A stretch of DNA of 64,000 nucleotides, taken from Octopus sinensis (lineage: Eukaryota). Position 1 is the stretch's first letter, and every line of letters begins with the position of its first letter. The notes under the pieces were generated by a model that had not been told where the DNA came from, made no database searches, and was given only the letters and a program-made list of their open reading frames with translations. The position numbers were made by a program, and so were the translations under genes. Below are positions 1 through 12,511 of this stretch, piece after piece. The DNA is taken from positions 14,508,001 to 14,572,000 of the forward strand of contig NC_043001.1 in assembly GCF_006345805.1 (NCBI RefSeq). The letters run 5' to 3'.

Positions 1-130
1 GATGTCTAAAGGCAGTGCTCCAGCATGGCCACAGCCAAATTACGGAAACAAGTAAAAGAATAAAAGAATATTTGTTTTCAAACGAGAGTGAATGAGGCAA
101 AGAACATTAACCTAAAAACTTATATCTTAA

Positions 131-855
131 CCCTTTTGTTACTGTATTTACTTTGAGATGCTGTGTGTTTCTTTCAATTAATTCTAAATATAACAAAGAA
201 TTTAGTAAAATAACTTAGTTATCATTCAGCTAGTGTTAGGAACATAAATTGTGACTAAGGTTTGGTGGAAGATTTGAATTCAGAACTTACGAAAACAAGA
301 CATTTGTACTCAGAACCAGGGGCAGTTTCAGCCAGGTTGGTATCAAAAGGGTTAAGAATTATTTCTCTGTTATATATTTTAACCCTTTTGTTACCGTATT
401 TCTGTTGAGATGCTCTGTGTTTCTTCCAATTACTTTAAATATAACAAAGAATTTAGTAAAATAACTTAGTTATCATTAAGCTAGTGTTAGGAACATAACT
501 TGTGACTAAGGTTTGGTGGAAGATTTTAATTCAGAACTTTTGAAAACAAGACATTTGTACTACAGAACCAGAGGCGATTTCAGCCAGGTTGGTATCAAAA
601 GGGTTAAAAATTGTTTCTCTTTTATATATTTTAACCCTTTTGTTACCATATTTATTTGAGATGCTCTGTGTTTCTTTCAATTAATTTTAAATTTAACAAA
701 GAATTTAGTAAAATAACTTTGTTATCATTAAGCTAGTGTTAGGAACATAAATTGTGACTAAGGTTTGGTGGAAGATTTTAATTCAAAACTTATGGAAACA
801 AGACATTTGTACTAAAGAGCCAGAGGTGGTTTCAGCCGGATTGGTAACGAAAGGG
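131..855. mobile_element. Three tandem copies of a ~221-bp piggyBac-type MITE (131-351, 383-603, 635-855)
   Basis: Each copy runs TTAA|CCCTTT...AAAGGG|TTAA and the bodies are homologous. Confidence 0.85.
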
Positions 856-949
856 TTAAATGTTGCCTGTATATAAAAACATCAGGGGACAGATATTAAT
901 TAGGGTCTTGCAGATCTGTTTTACTTCTCTCTGTCCTTTTTCTTTGGCT

Positions 950-1228
950 GGCACCACGTAAAAAGCATTTGTGCTAACGCTGTGTAAAAGACACTGGTGC
1001 TGGTGCCATGTTGGAAGCACCCAGTCCATTCTGTAAAGTGGTTGGTGTTAGGAAGGACATGCAGGCCTCATGGGGGAACCATGTCAAAACGGACAATTGA
1101 AGCCTCCAGTCAAACCGTCCAACCCATGCCAGCATGGAAAATGGGCAGTAAATGATGATGATGATAATGATGGTGATGATGATAGTGGGGGTGGTGATGA
1201 TGACGACAACAATGATGATGATGATGAT
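950..1228 (+). mobile_element. 3' end fragment of the RTE-related repeat with (GAT)n tail
   Basis: gtggttggtgttaggaagg...aacccatgccagcatggaaa...(gat)n, homologous to the end of the 4381-6663 element. Confidence 0.75.
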
Positions 1229-1306
1229 TTATTTGTATATACTTTGTTAGAGAAAGAAAGAACAACACCCGAGACCCTTGAAGTGGAGGAGGGAGAGGTT
1301 TTCAAA

Positions 1307-1681
1307 ATACATACATATGTACACACACACACACACACATACATATATACATATACCTGCACATATATATTAGCATGCACATGTACATACATACATATGC
1401 ATATATATATATGCACACACACAATACATACCTGCACATATGTACATATGTACACACACAAACATATGCCTGCACATATACATATGCATGTACATACATA
1501 CATACATATGCATATATATACACACACATGCACACACAGACACAAATACATACATATGTACACACATACATACATATGCATATATACACACACACACACA
1601 TAAATACATACATACATATACCTGCACATATGTACACACATACATACATATGCAGGTACATACACACACACACACACACAC
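1307..1681. repeat. Compound (CA)/(TA) microsatellite
   Basis: Alternating purine-pyrimidine tract. Similar tracts at 18632-18812, 19237-19600, 20060-20490, 23460-23720, 32005-32268 and 58170-58310. Confidence 0.95.
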
Positions 1682-2817
1682 ATGTTCTTGGAGTGAATCT
1701 TTGCCATCCAGTTAAATAACTTTCAGATTCCAACCTAGGCCAGGGTTTGTGTCTGTTTCAACCCCCCCCCCCTTCCACGGTCCCATATCAGCCTCAGGTA
1801 ATACAACAGACTCTATTAAAAATCGTTGGTTGTCTAGAAGTTGATTTCACAGACATGGCCTAATGTGGTGGTAGCTTATGCCAGCTTTAGTCTTTCTCAT
1901 CTTCTTGCCATCTGTCTACAGAAGGTGATGTTGGTGGGAGGTGGCGGGGGAGGGGGAGGGCGGAGAATTAGCTGATGGCCTTGATTGTTCAACACCTGTT
2001 CTTAAACGGGAGGGCAGTATTGAGGTTACAACAACAGACTTCGGTGACCTAAATTTACATAACTTCAACTCAGGAGAGACACGGTGAGCTTTCATCTAAG
2101 GCCGTTAGGTCTAACAGAAGATAAGCGATTAGATAGGTTGCATTGCAGGTCTGTTTACTGCACAGGAATAAAAGAAAGAAAAATAATAATAAAAAGAAAA
2201 GAAAAAAAGCAGATGTTAAACTTTTTGTGACAAGATTTCAGATGAAATGCACATTCCATATGTTACGGTTCATTTTGAAAATAATAGAAAATTAGTTGGA
2301 GTCTAGTAAAAAGAAATTATTAGGTATGGCTGTAGTAGCAAGAATTTGGCTTTCCAAACACAAGGATTTGATTGGCCTGGGGTTATAGTAGAAGACACTT
2401 GCCCAAGGTGCCAAACAGTGGGACTGAACCCAGAACTGTGTGGTTTGGAAACAAGCTATAAAATATATATATATATCACGTGACCGACCAGACCATCAGG
2501 TATTGTTACACATCGCTGGTCACAATGCGTTCGCATTGTTTTAGCCTTCAAACGACGCCACCCCGCTGGCTAAGCAAGCAGGCCAACAGAAGAAAGAGTG
2601 AGAGAAAGTGTGGTGAAAGAGTACAGCAGGGATCACCACCCCCTGCCGGAGCCTCGTGGAGCTTTTTTAGGTGTTTTCGCTCAATAAACACTCACAACGC
2701 CCAGTCTAGGAATCGAAACCGCGATCCTACGACCGCGAGTCCACTGCCCTAACCACTGGGCCATTGCGCCTCCACACACACACACACATACATACATACA
2801 TACATACATACATACAT

Positions 2818-2860
<43 letters not shown>

Positions 2861-3764
2861 AGCACAGGCATGTCTGTGGTAAGAAGTTTGAAGTCGGCAA
2901 GCGGGCAGGAATTTTAGCACACCAGGTGGAATGCTTAGCAGTATTTCATCTGCCACTATGTTCTGAGTTCAAATTCCACTGAGGTCGACTTTGCCTTTCA
3001 TCCTTTCAAGGTTGATTAAATATATACCAGTTACACACTGGGGTTAATATATAATCGACATAATCCATTTGCCTGTCCTTGTTTGTCCTCTCTGTGTTTA
3101 GCCCCTTGAGAGTAGTAAAGAAATAGGTATTTCGTCTGCCGCTACGTTCTGAGTTAAAATTCCGTCGAGGTCGACTTTGCCTTTCATACTTTCAGGGTTG
3201 ATTAAATAAGTACCAGTTACGCATTGGGGTCGATATAATCGACTTAATCCGTTTGTTTGTCCTCTCTGTGTGTAGCCCCTTGTGGGTAGTAAAGAAATAA
3301 GAAGTTTGCTTCCCAACCACATGGTTCTGGGTTCAGTCCCACTGCGTGTCACCTTGGGCAAGTGTCTTCTACGATAGCCTTGGACCAACCATAGCCTTGT
3401 GAGTGGATTTGGTAGAAGGAAACTGAAAGAAGCCCATCATATATATAATGGATAATAAAACGAATGGTTTGCACCTGGTAGCTTACTGGTAAAGCATGGT
3501 CACTTTCACAGTGATCATTAGGTATAAAGCACCACCGGATGCTCCTGAACCTGTTGTTGAGTGTCCCACCCAAGAGGAATCGATGCTAGATGTATTGAAA
3601 CAATTGTTGTAATTAATAATATATTCTCATATATTCCATCTTCTGTCTTTCATTTGCTCTCTGTCTCTCTGTCTCTCTCTCTCTCTCTTCCACCCTATGC
3701 CTGTGAAATCTTGTATCCTTGCCGTAAGGCTTCACTTCCACACACACCAGCTTAATTTAATTCG

Positions 3765-4110
3765 TCCTTAGTCGAAAGACACCTGTTGTTATGTCCAGTT
3801 ATTATTTTTATTGTATTTGTGTAACATTGTCCGGTTGTTTTCCGTCCCTGTTTTTGTATACATACGCTACTTTCTTCCAAGGAATCTAATGCCCTTAGCT
3901 TAGTTTTTCCTTGCGGCTGGCCAGATTGGAGCAATCTCAAATATAATCAGCCGAAATTGCGAAGATAATCTGGTACTTGATTGAAGAAAGAAAACTCCGA
4001 ATGATCCGTCCTTGTTTTCTTTGTATCGTCTATCTGGATGTTTTGTTGTCCCATTTTTGTATCACCTAATTGTCTGCATGTTTTGCGTTCTTGTCCCATT
4101 TTGCATTTTA
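3765..4110 (+). mobile_element. Unclassified ~350-bp repeat ending at (TA)n tracts
   Basis: Homologous to 10760-11100, 46228-46405 and 31322-31424(-) (shared CAGCCGAAATTGC...GTTCTTGTCCCA); the 3' end always meets (TA)n. Confidence 0.65.
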
Positions 4111-4380
4111 TATATATATATATATATAGAATCGTTAGCACACCGGACGAAATACTTAGTGGTATTTCACCTGTTGTTATGCACTGAGTTCAAATTCCAC
4201 CAAGGTTGACTTTACCTTTCATCCTTTCAGGTCAATAAATTAAGTGCCAGTGAAACACTGGGGTCGATTTGTTTGACCAAAGGCAGTGCTCCAGCATGGC
4301 CGCAGTCAAATGAGTGAAACAAGTAAAAACATTTTTTTAAATAAAAAATATTTACATATATATATATATATATATATATA

Positions 4381-6663
4381 TCATCATCATTTAACGTCCG
4401 CTTTCCATGCTAGCATGGGTTGGACGGTTCAACTGGGGTCTGGGGAGCCCAAAGCTGCACCAGTCCAGTCAGATCTGGCAGTGTTTCTACAGCTGGATGC
4501 CCTTCCTAACGCCAACCACTCCGAGAGTGTAGTGGGTGATTTTATGTGCCACCGACACAGGTGCCAGACGAGGCTGGCAAACGGCCATGCTCGGATGGTG
4601 TTTTTTTATGTGCCACCGACACAGGTGCCAGACGAGGCTGGCAGACGGCCACGCTCGGATGGTGTTTTTATGTGCCACCGACACAGGTGCCAGATGAGGC
4701 TGGCAAAACGGCCACGATCGGATGGTGCTTGTTACGTGCCCACAGCACGGAGGCCAGTCGATGCGGTACTGGCTACGGCCACGTTCGGATGGTTTTCTGT
4801 GCCACGTGCCACCGGCATGGTACCACAAGGATACAAATTCCATTGATGTTCATCTATTTTGATTGTTTTGATTTTGATTTTCACTTGCCTCAACAGGTCT
4901 TCACAAGTGTCACAAGAAGGAAGGTATGCACAGGTGTGGACTGACTACGTCCCAGGTAGGGGCCATGGGTTATGGCCTGACTAGTCTTGCGGGGTCTTCG
5001 GATGGTGTTTTATGTGCCACCGACACAGGTGCTAGATGAGGCTGGCGAACGGCCACGATCGGATGGGGTTTGTCATGTGCCCACCGCACTGACTACAGCA
5101 CTGATGGTTCTTGTGTGCCACAGGCACTGGTACCACAGGCACTGGTACCACAAGATACAAATTCCATTGATGTTCATCTATTTGTCTATTTTGATTTGAT
5201 TTGATTTGATTTGATTTTCACTTGCCTCAACCAGTCTTCACAGGTGTCACAAGAAGAAGGTATGCACAGGTGGACTGACTAGTCTTGCTGGGACTTCGGA
5301 AGGTGTTTTTATGTGCCACCGACACAGGTGCCAGATGAGGCTGGCGAACGGCCATGATCGGATGGTGTTTGTTACGTGCCCACAGCACGGAGGCCGGTCG
5401 ATGCGGAACTGGCTACGGCCACGTTCGGATGGTTCTCTTGTGTGCCACCGGCACTGGTACCACAAAGTGTGTGCCACCGGCACTGGTACCACAAAGATAC
5501 AGATTCCATTGATGTTCATCTATTTTGATTTTGATTTTCACTTGCCTCAACAAGTCTTCACAAGTGTCACAAGAAGGAAGGTATGCACAGGTGGACTGAC
5601 TACGTCCCAGGTAGGGGCCATGGGTTATGGCCTGACTAGTCTGCCGGGTCTTCGGATGGTGTTTTTTGTGCCACCGACACAGGTGCTAGATGAGGCTGGC
5701 GAACGGCCACGATCGGATGGTGTTTGTCATGTGCCCACAGCACGGAGGCCAGTCGATGCGGTACTGGCTACGGCCACTTTCGGATGGATTCTTGTGTGCC
5801 ACCGGCACTGGTACCACAAAGATACAAATTCCATTGATGTTCATCTATTTTGATTTGTTTTGATTTTCACTTGCCTCAACAGGTCTTCACAAGTGTCGCA
5901 AGAAGGAAGGTATGTACAGGTGGACTGACTACGTCCCAGTAAGGCCCACGGGTTATGACCTGACTAGTCTTGCCGGGTCTTCGGATGGTGTTTTTATGTG
6001 CCACCATGTTCCCACATCACGGAGGCGAGTCGACGCGGTACTGGCTACGGCCACGTTCGGATGGTTTTCTTGTGTGCCACAGACACTGGTACCACAAAGA
6101 TACAAATTCCATTGATGTTCATCTATTTTGATTGATTTTCACTTGCCTCAGCAGGTCTTCACAAGTGTCACAAGAAGGGTTTTCTTGTGTGCCACAGGCA
6201 CTGGTACCACAAAGATACAAATTCCATTGATGTTCATCTATTTTGATTGATTTTCACTTGCCTCAGCAGGTCTTCACAAGTGTCACAAGAAGGAAGGTAT
6301 GCACAGGTGGATGGGATATGGCCTGACTAGTCCTGCCGGGTCCTCTCATGCACAGCACACTTCCATAGGACTCGGTCTTCAGTCATTTCCTTGGTGAGAC
6401 CTAAAGTTCGAAGGTCGTGCTTCACCACCTCGTCCCAGGTTTTCCTGGGTCTACCTCTTCCACAGGTTCCCTCAACTGCTAGGGTGTAGCACTTTTGCAC
6501 ACAACTATCTTCAGCCATTCTCGTCACATGACCATACCAACGCAGCCGTCTCTCTTGCACACCACAACTGACACTTCTTAGGTTCAACTTTTCTCTCAAA
6601 GTACTTACACCCCTACGATTATGAACACTGACATTACACATCCATCGGAGAATGCTGGCTTCT
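4381..6663 (-). mobile_element. 5'-truncated RTE-clade LINE: ORF C-terminus, tandemly expanded 3'UTR and (GAT)n tail
   Basis: ORF 6327-6641 contains ERRLRWYGHVTRM...GRGRPRKTWDEVVKHDL, the RTE C-terminal signature. The tail gcatggaaagcggacgttaaatgatgatga abuts a (TA)n tract. Confidence 0.9.
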
Positions 6664-7358
6664 GGGAGAGAAACAGTCTTGAGGGAGTTTCAGGGTTATG
6701 CTAGAAACGGCAGCTAAACTGGATATTAGTCCAGGAGGAAGTATGTTTGGATAACGAGCAAAATGTTGTAACGCTGCATAGTAAATTGAAATTTAAAATT
6801 CCTGTAAGAAGGCGGGAGAAGGAGGTCAAATGTAAAGTAAGTTGAACTTAGTGAAAGTGAATGTAGTGTCATGAAGACATTGGCAGCCATAAAAAAATTT
6901 CAAAAATAGCACAAAACTCAAAAAATTACTTGGAAAAGATTAATTAGAATTTTTTCTTTTTTTTTTTTTCATGGCTAATCTATTTTATTAGGACATTTAA
7001 ATGCAACAAAACAGGAAGAAAGATAAGGAAAAAAGAAGGTGGGGTCATAAGACTGCAGAAGACATGGGCAGGAGGTATAAAGTAGCGGAAGTTGGTGGGG
7101 GAGGGGGCGATGGTTTACTTAGCCCAGACCAAATGGCATCCTCAGCCACGCCCTGCAATAATGACCATGATGGTGTTGCTGTGGAGAATGGCCAGTAACA
7201 CTTCCCGCAGAAGCCTTGTGAGTGGTTTTCACTCACAAGGCTTTGGTCGGCCTGAGGCTATAGTAGAAGACACTTGCCCAAGGTGCCATGCAGTGGGACT
7301 GAACCCGGGACCATGTGGTTGGTAAGCAAGCTACTTACCACACAGCCACTCCTGCGCC
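6663..7358. repeat. Left arm of a local inverted duplication (partner 11355-12050; arm continues as 4259-4380 matching 12073-12181)
   Basis: Reverse-complement match with scattered substitutions, including non-repeat sequence. Confidence 0.92.
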
Positions 7359-7849
7359 ACTCCACCTCATGGAGCTTATTTCTCTGATGGGCCACCATTA
7401 TTCATTTTTTTTCTTTTTTCTACTCTACGCACAAGGCCCGAAATTTTGGGGGAGGGGGCCAGTCAATTAGATCGACCCCACTACACAACTGGTACTTTAT
7501 TTATCGACTCTGAAAGGACGAAAGGCAAAGTCGACCTCTGCGGAATTTGAACTCAGAACGTAAAGACCAAATTGATATTTTGCAGAGGGAAATGGTAATA
7601 TGGGGTCCTAGAACACATGATATTTCAACAGCAACTGGTGCTGTTCAAGAATTTGGACCTGGAGATCTCCTTTTCCAGCGATTTCGAGGGCCGCCTCCCA
7701 ATGGTGTCAGGCGTCAACGAAGAGCCCTCGACTACAACAAGACAACCAAAGTTTTTTTTTTTTTTCAAGGTCTGGAGTCTCCCGCCCCTAAGCCCTAGAT
7801 CATCACCTAATCACCCTTACCAGTCTTTTTGCTTAACAACAACAACAAC

Positions 7850-9105
7850 AGCAACTGGTATAAACTGATAGCAACTGGTCAGACCCCTGTACTTATTAAT
7901 TTTCTTCTTCTCTGCATTACAAGCAGCAACACCCAGGTTTACAACCAATTCTGCAAGGATGTCACGGCAAGTCATGTCTCAGACGAGAGATCTGCTTCTC
8001 TTGAATGGAAAGAGGGTTATCCTGTTGGGGCACATACTGTCCCGATGGTCGAGACCTGTTGACTCAAGTTGAGATGAAAAGCCAGCCCCATCAAGACCCC
8101 TTCTAATTATGTCATGCAGGGCAGTGTGTCAGGGAAATCGACTCATGCTAAGGTTGCAGGCCAAATTCATCTGCTACCTCTCTACAGCAACATTCGGGTT
8201 TAAACTCCACCAAAGCATTACTCCACTCCAATATGGGTGCACTCATCTAGAAGGGTATCAGTAGGTGAGGAGGGTACTGAATTGAGCCACTTGCTGCGAT
8301 TTGGTTGTGAGGTGGGACAGAGAGACAGAGACAGGCAAGGCGGTTGCTGGTCTAGTGATGTCTCTAGCCACTCAAGAGTGGATTTGCATTTGATGTCATC
8401 CCAGTTACATTGAACATCTATATTCTGGAGGACATTGAGTCTAGCAGTGGTCCAATTGGCTTGAGTTGACTCCAGTACCTGGACCACATTAAGTTCAGCT
8501 GTCCTGTGGAGTATTTCACCATTGAGGGTATGACTGGAGGAGACTGAGGTAGAGCCGAGTCCACTGCAGATTGGAGACCAAGGCCACCAATCTAACATGT
8601 AGTTTGGCCTGTTGCCAGCTGGCATTGTCAAAACTGACATTGTAGATCAGTTTGTCACAGTGCTGGATGGTGTTGTCAAAATCACCAAGGCAGTCTCTGA
8701 GAGGGTGACATAGCACCCTGCATAGCAAGAAAAAGAGCTTGAGCTGACCAAAGCAATTCCTCAAGGGAAAAACCCTGGGTATTCATCAATGAAGTGCAAT
8801 CTGTTGGTCATCTTGGACAAGTGTGCGAGCTTGGTCTCCAGGCATTCTGTTATGGCTTTCGGGAGGAATGGGGTGTCAAGGATGCAGACAGCATTCTTTG
8901 GTGTCAGCTCAGCCCCTGCCAAGATGGACTGCATGCTGAGTACGGCATCTTGAAATATGGCCTCACCATAGCTCACATTAATCACCTGCAACTTTGACAG
9001 GTGGATCTTGAGCCCAAGAAGCTTTAGGAACGGAATAACCTGCTGAAAGTCCCTAACAACAGACTCATTTGGGCCATCCAGGGTCATGTCTTGGCCTGAT
9101 AACAT
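7850..9105 (-). pseudogene. Decayed CRE-clade-like non-LTR retrotransposon ORF (end of RT plus restriction-like endonuclease)
   Basis: Manual translation across frameshifts: GQDMTLDGPNESVVRDFQQVIPFLKLLGL (eroded YLDD region); SKWLNSVPSSPTDTLLD; RFP*HTALHDIIRRGLDGAGFSSQLESTGLDHRDSMCPNRITLFPFKRSRSLV*DMTC...AEKKKINKY. This matches the RH..LN / E / RPDG / WD.TC / E..K..KY layout of RLE domains. Confidence 0.8.
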
Positions 9106-9269
9106 GCTTTAGCTTAAACGAGTAAAATGGTCATCCTAACTCATTAATTACATTTTTACTGTTTTTGTTTTCATCTTTACTTTCATCTGACCAACACTAT
9201 CCTTTCAGTAAGATTCCTTCTTAGTGTCCTCTCTTCCTTTGTTAATGTAGGTAACTTGACAGTCACAAT

Positions 9270-10020
9270 CATCATCATCATCATCAGCGTTTAATGTCCA
9301 TTTTCCATGCTGGCATGGGTTGGATAGTTTGACTGAGGTCTGGAGAGCCAGTGGCTGCACCAGGCTCCAATCTGATCTGGCAATGTTTCTACAGCTGGAT
9401 GCCCTTCCTAACACCAACCACTCCAAGAGTGTAGTGAGTGCTTTTTGCATGCCACTGACACAGGAGCCAGTCAGGCGGGCCTGGCATTGGCATGTTCAGA
9501 TGGTGCTTTTTACGTGCCACCAGCACAAGAGCCAGTGAGTGGGTACTGGCATTGGCCACATTCAGTTGGTGCTTTTTACGTGCCACCGACACTGGAGCCA
9601 GTCAGGTGGACCTGGCATCAGCCACATTTGGATGGTGCTTTTTATATGCCACCAACACAGGAGCCAGTCAGGGGGTACTGGCATCGGCAACATTCGAATG
9701 GTGCTTTTTACATGCCATGGGCACAGGAGCAAGTCAGGTGGGCCTGGCATCAATGACACTCAGATGGTGCTTTTTACGTGCCACTGGCACGGAAGCCAGT
9801 CATGGGGCACTGGCCACGGCTACGATATTGGTTTTACTTGACTCGACAGGTCTTCTCAAACATATCATATCGCCTTACGCACCAGGTGTATACTTAACAG
9901 GGCCAGACATGCGTTGCTGTGATCTCACTTTAGTTGCCAAGTCTTCTCAATCACAGAATACCTCCAAAGGTCTCGATCTCCTGTGAGTCTCTGCGAGTTC
10001 CAATGTTTGAAGGTCATGCT
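9270..10020 (-). mobile_element. RTE LINE 3' fragment with ~63-bp tandem units
   Basis: (GAT)n tail, the same terminal block as 4381-4540, about 6 units containing GGTGCTTTTTACGTGCCAC, and an eroded ORF end (KHDLQTLEL) near 10000. Confidence 0.75.
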
Positions 10021-11101
10021 CTGTTATTGTAGGTGTCACTGTTATTGTTGTTGCAATTATTGTAATGAATTTTTATTGTGTTAATTATAAGTATTGCCTA
10101 CCACTGGAATATAATTAATTGATTGATGGAAATTATTGTACATCCATGAGATGATAAATTTTGTAAAGTCTAGCACTTTTTTTTTATTGGACTTCATCCA
10201 ATGAAGCAGCAAAATGTAGCTGTTGTTGAACAATATTTAAATACATCAGATTGGAACCTGGTGCAGCCTCCTGGCTTGCCAGCCCTCAGTCAAAGCATCC
10301 AACCCATAGCAGCATGGAAAGCGGACATTGAACAATGATGATGATGATAGCAATTATTTAGAGTAACGTGACATAATACCATATCTCTATGGACCTTGTA
10401 ACTTAAAGCTGATAAAAGGTGCAGAAACGTGCATTGTGACCTACCTTTAAAGCCTCTTGGCTTTCAACCTCGTGTTTTATCATTATTATTATTATTATTA
10501 TTATTATGATTATCCTTAAGGCAGCAACCTGGTAGAGTTGTTAGCATGCCGGGCAAAATGCTTAGCACCATTTTGCCCATCATTATGTTCTGAGTTCAAA
10601 TTCTGCTATGGTCGACTTTGCTTGTTATCCTTTTGGTGTCGATAAATTAAGTACCAGTGAAACAATGGGGTCAATGTAATTGACTAGTCTCTTCCCCTCA
10701 AATTTCAGGCCTTGTGCCTTTAGTAGAAAGGATTATTGTTATACATACATATATAAAAATTGTCTGAAGTCGTAAGACACCCGCTGTTTTTGTCCTGTTT
10801 ACTATTCTTGTTTTTTATTTCTATTTTTTGTTTCTTGTATTTATATTCGTGTGGCATCCTGTCTTTGTTTCGTATACATTCGATCCTCTTTCCAAGAAAT
10901 CTAATGCCTGTGGCTTAGTTTTTCTTTGGGGCTAGCCGGATCGGAGCGATATCGAAATTAAACAGCCGAAATTGCTAAGATGATCTGGTTCCCGACTGAA
11001 GATTAGAGGCTTCGAGTGTCCCGTCTGGTTTTTTGTGTCGTCTCTTTGTGTGTTTTTGCATTCTTGTCCCACTTGTAATTTATAATTTATATTTAATTTC
11101 T

Positions 11102-11142
<41 letters not shown>

Positions 11143-12511
11143 GAGAGAGAGAGAGTGTGTGTGCGTGTGTTAGGTGTGGTGCACAGATATTGAATATTGA
11201 GAAAAAAGGTCACCAGAATTTTGGGAAAAAATCTTTCTCTTTATTCATTATTATTAGCGCTTTCATTCATTTCTTGAATTTGTCAAATAGAATTTTGTGA
11301 ATGTACAAACAGCTTGTTCATTTATACAACTAACGAAGGCGCTAATAATAATGAGGCGCAGGAGTGACTGTGTGGTAAGTAGCTTGCTTACCAACCACAT
11401 GGTCCCGGGTTCAGTCCCACTGCGTGGCACCTTGGGCAAGTGTCTTCTACTATAGCCTCGGGCCGACCAAAGCCTTGTGAGTGAAAACCACTCACAAGGC
11501 TTCTGCGGGAAATGTTACTGGCCATTCTCTGCAGCAACACCATCATGGTCATTATTGCAGGGCGTGGCTGAGGATGCCCTTTGTTCTGGGCTAAGTAAAC
11601 CATCGCCCCCTCCCCCACCAACTTCCGCTACTTTATACCTCCTGCCCATGTCTTCTGCAGTCTTATGACCCTACCTTCTTTTTTCCTTATCTTTCTTCCT
11701 GTTTTGTTGCATTTAAATGTCCTAATAAAATAGATTAGCCATGAAAAAAAAAAAAAAGAAAAAATTCTAATTAATCTTTTCCAAGTAATTTTTTGAGTTT
11801 TGTGCTATTTTTGAAATTTTTTTATGGCTGCCAATGTCTTCTTGACACTACATTCGCTTTCACTAAGTTCAACTTAATTTACATTTGACCTCCTTCTTCC
11901 GTTTTCTTACAGGAATTTTAAATTTCAATTTACTATGCAGTGTTAGAACATTTTGCTCGTTATCCAAACATACTTCCTCTTGGGATAATATCCAGTTTAG
12001 CTGCCATTTCTAGCATAACCCTGAAACTCCCTCAAGACTGTTTCTCTTCCAAGTTACAAGAATACACAAAACATATATATATATGTAAATATTTTTATTA
12101 AAAAAAATGTTTTTACTTGTTTCACTTATTTGACTGCGGCCATACTGGAACACCACCTTTAGTCAAACAAATTGACCCCAGGACTGGAGGAAGCCAATCA
12201 TATACGTATATATATGTTTGTGTGTTTGTCCCTCCAACATTGCTTGACAACTGATGCTGGTGTGTTTACATCCCCGTAATTTAGCAGTTCAGCAAAAGAA
12301 ACCGATAAAATATGTACTAGGCTTACAAAAAATAAACTCTGGGGTCAATTTGCTTGACTAAAAGCAGTGCTCCAGCATGGGCACAGTCAAATGGCTGAAA
12401 CAAGTAAAAGAATAAATAAAAAGATATTTTTCCAAAATTCAGGCATCCTTTTTTCTCAATATATATATATATATAATCTACATATGCGTGTATGTATGTA
12501 CATACATATAT

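Noticed and set aside
1070-1733. Long H/T/Y/I- or C/V/M-rich ORFs (also 19098-20539, 31644-32287, 38205-38567, 58029-58433)
   Set aside because: They are translations of stop-free dinucleotide microsatellites, open in several frames on both strands.
1936-1963. G-quadruplex-like GGGAGGTGGCGGGGGAGGGGGAGGG
   Set aside because: An isolated G-rich tract with no supporting promoter or exon evidence.
4286-5853. 180-190-aa repetitive CHRH-rich ORFs
   Set aside because: Antisense reading of tandem LINE 3'UTR units; they recur wherever the repeat occurs.
9430-9830. Regularly spaced ~20-bp repeats resembling a CRISPR array (also 4540-4800, 26445-26760)
   Set aside because: The spacers are homologous to one another, the array is the 3'UTR of an RTE LINE, the context is eukaryotic and there are no cas genes.
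10995-11025. CTGAAGA...TTCGA...GTC in the unclassified 350-bp repeat as a hammerhead
   Set aside because: No GAAA core (GAGT or GAAT instead) and no consistent stems across the four copies.
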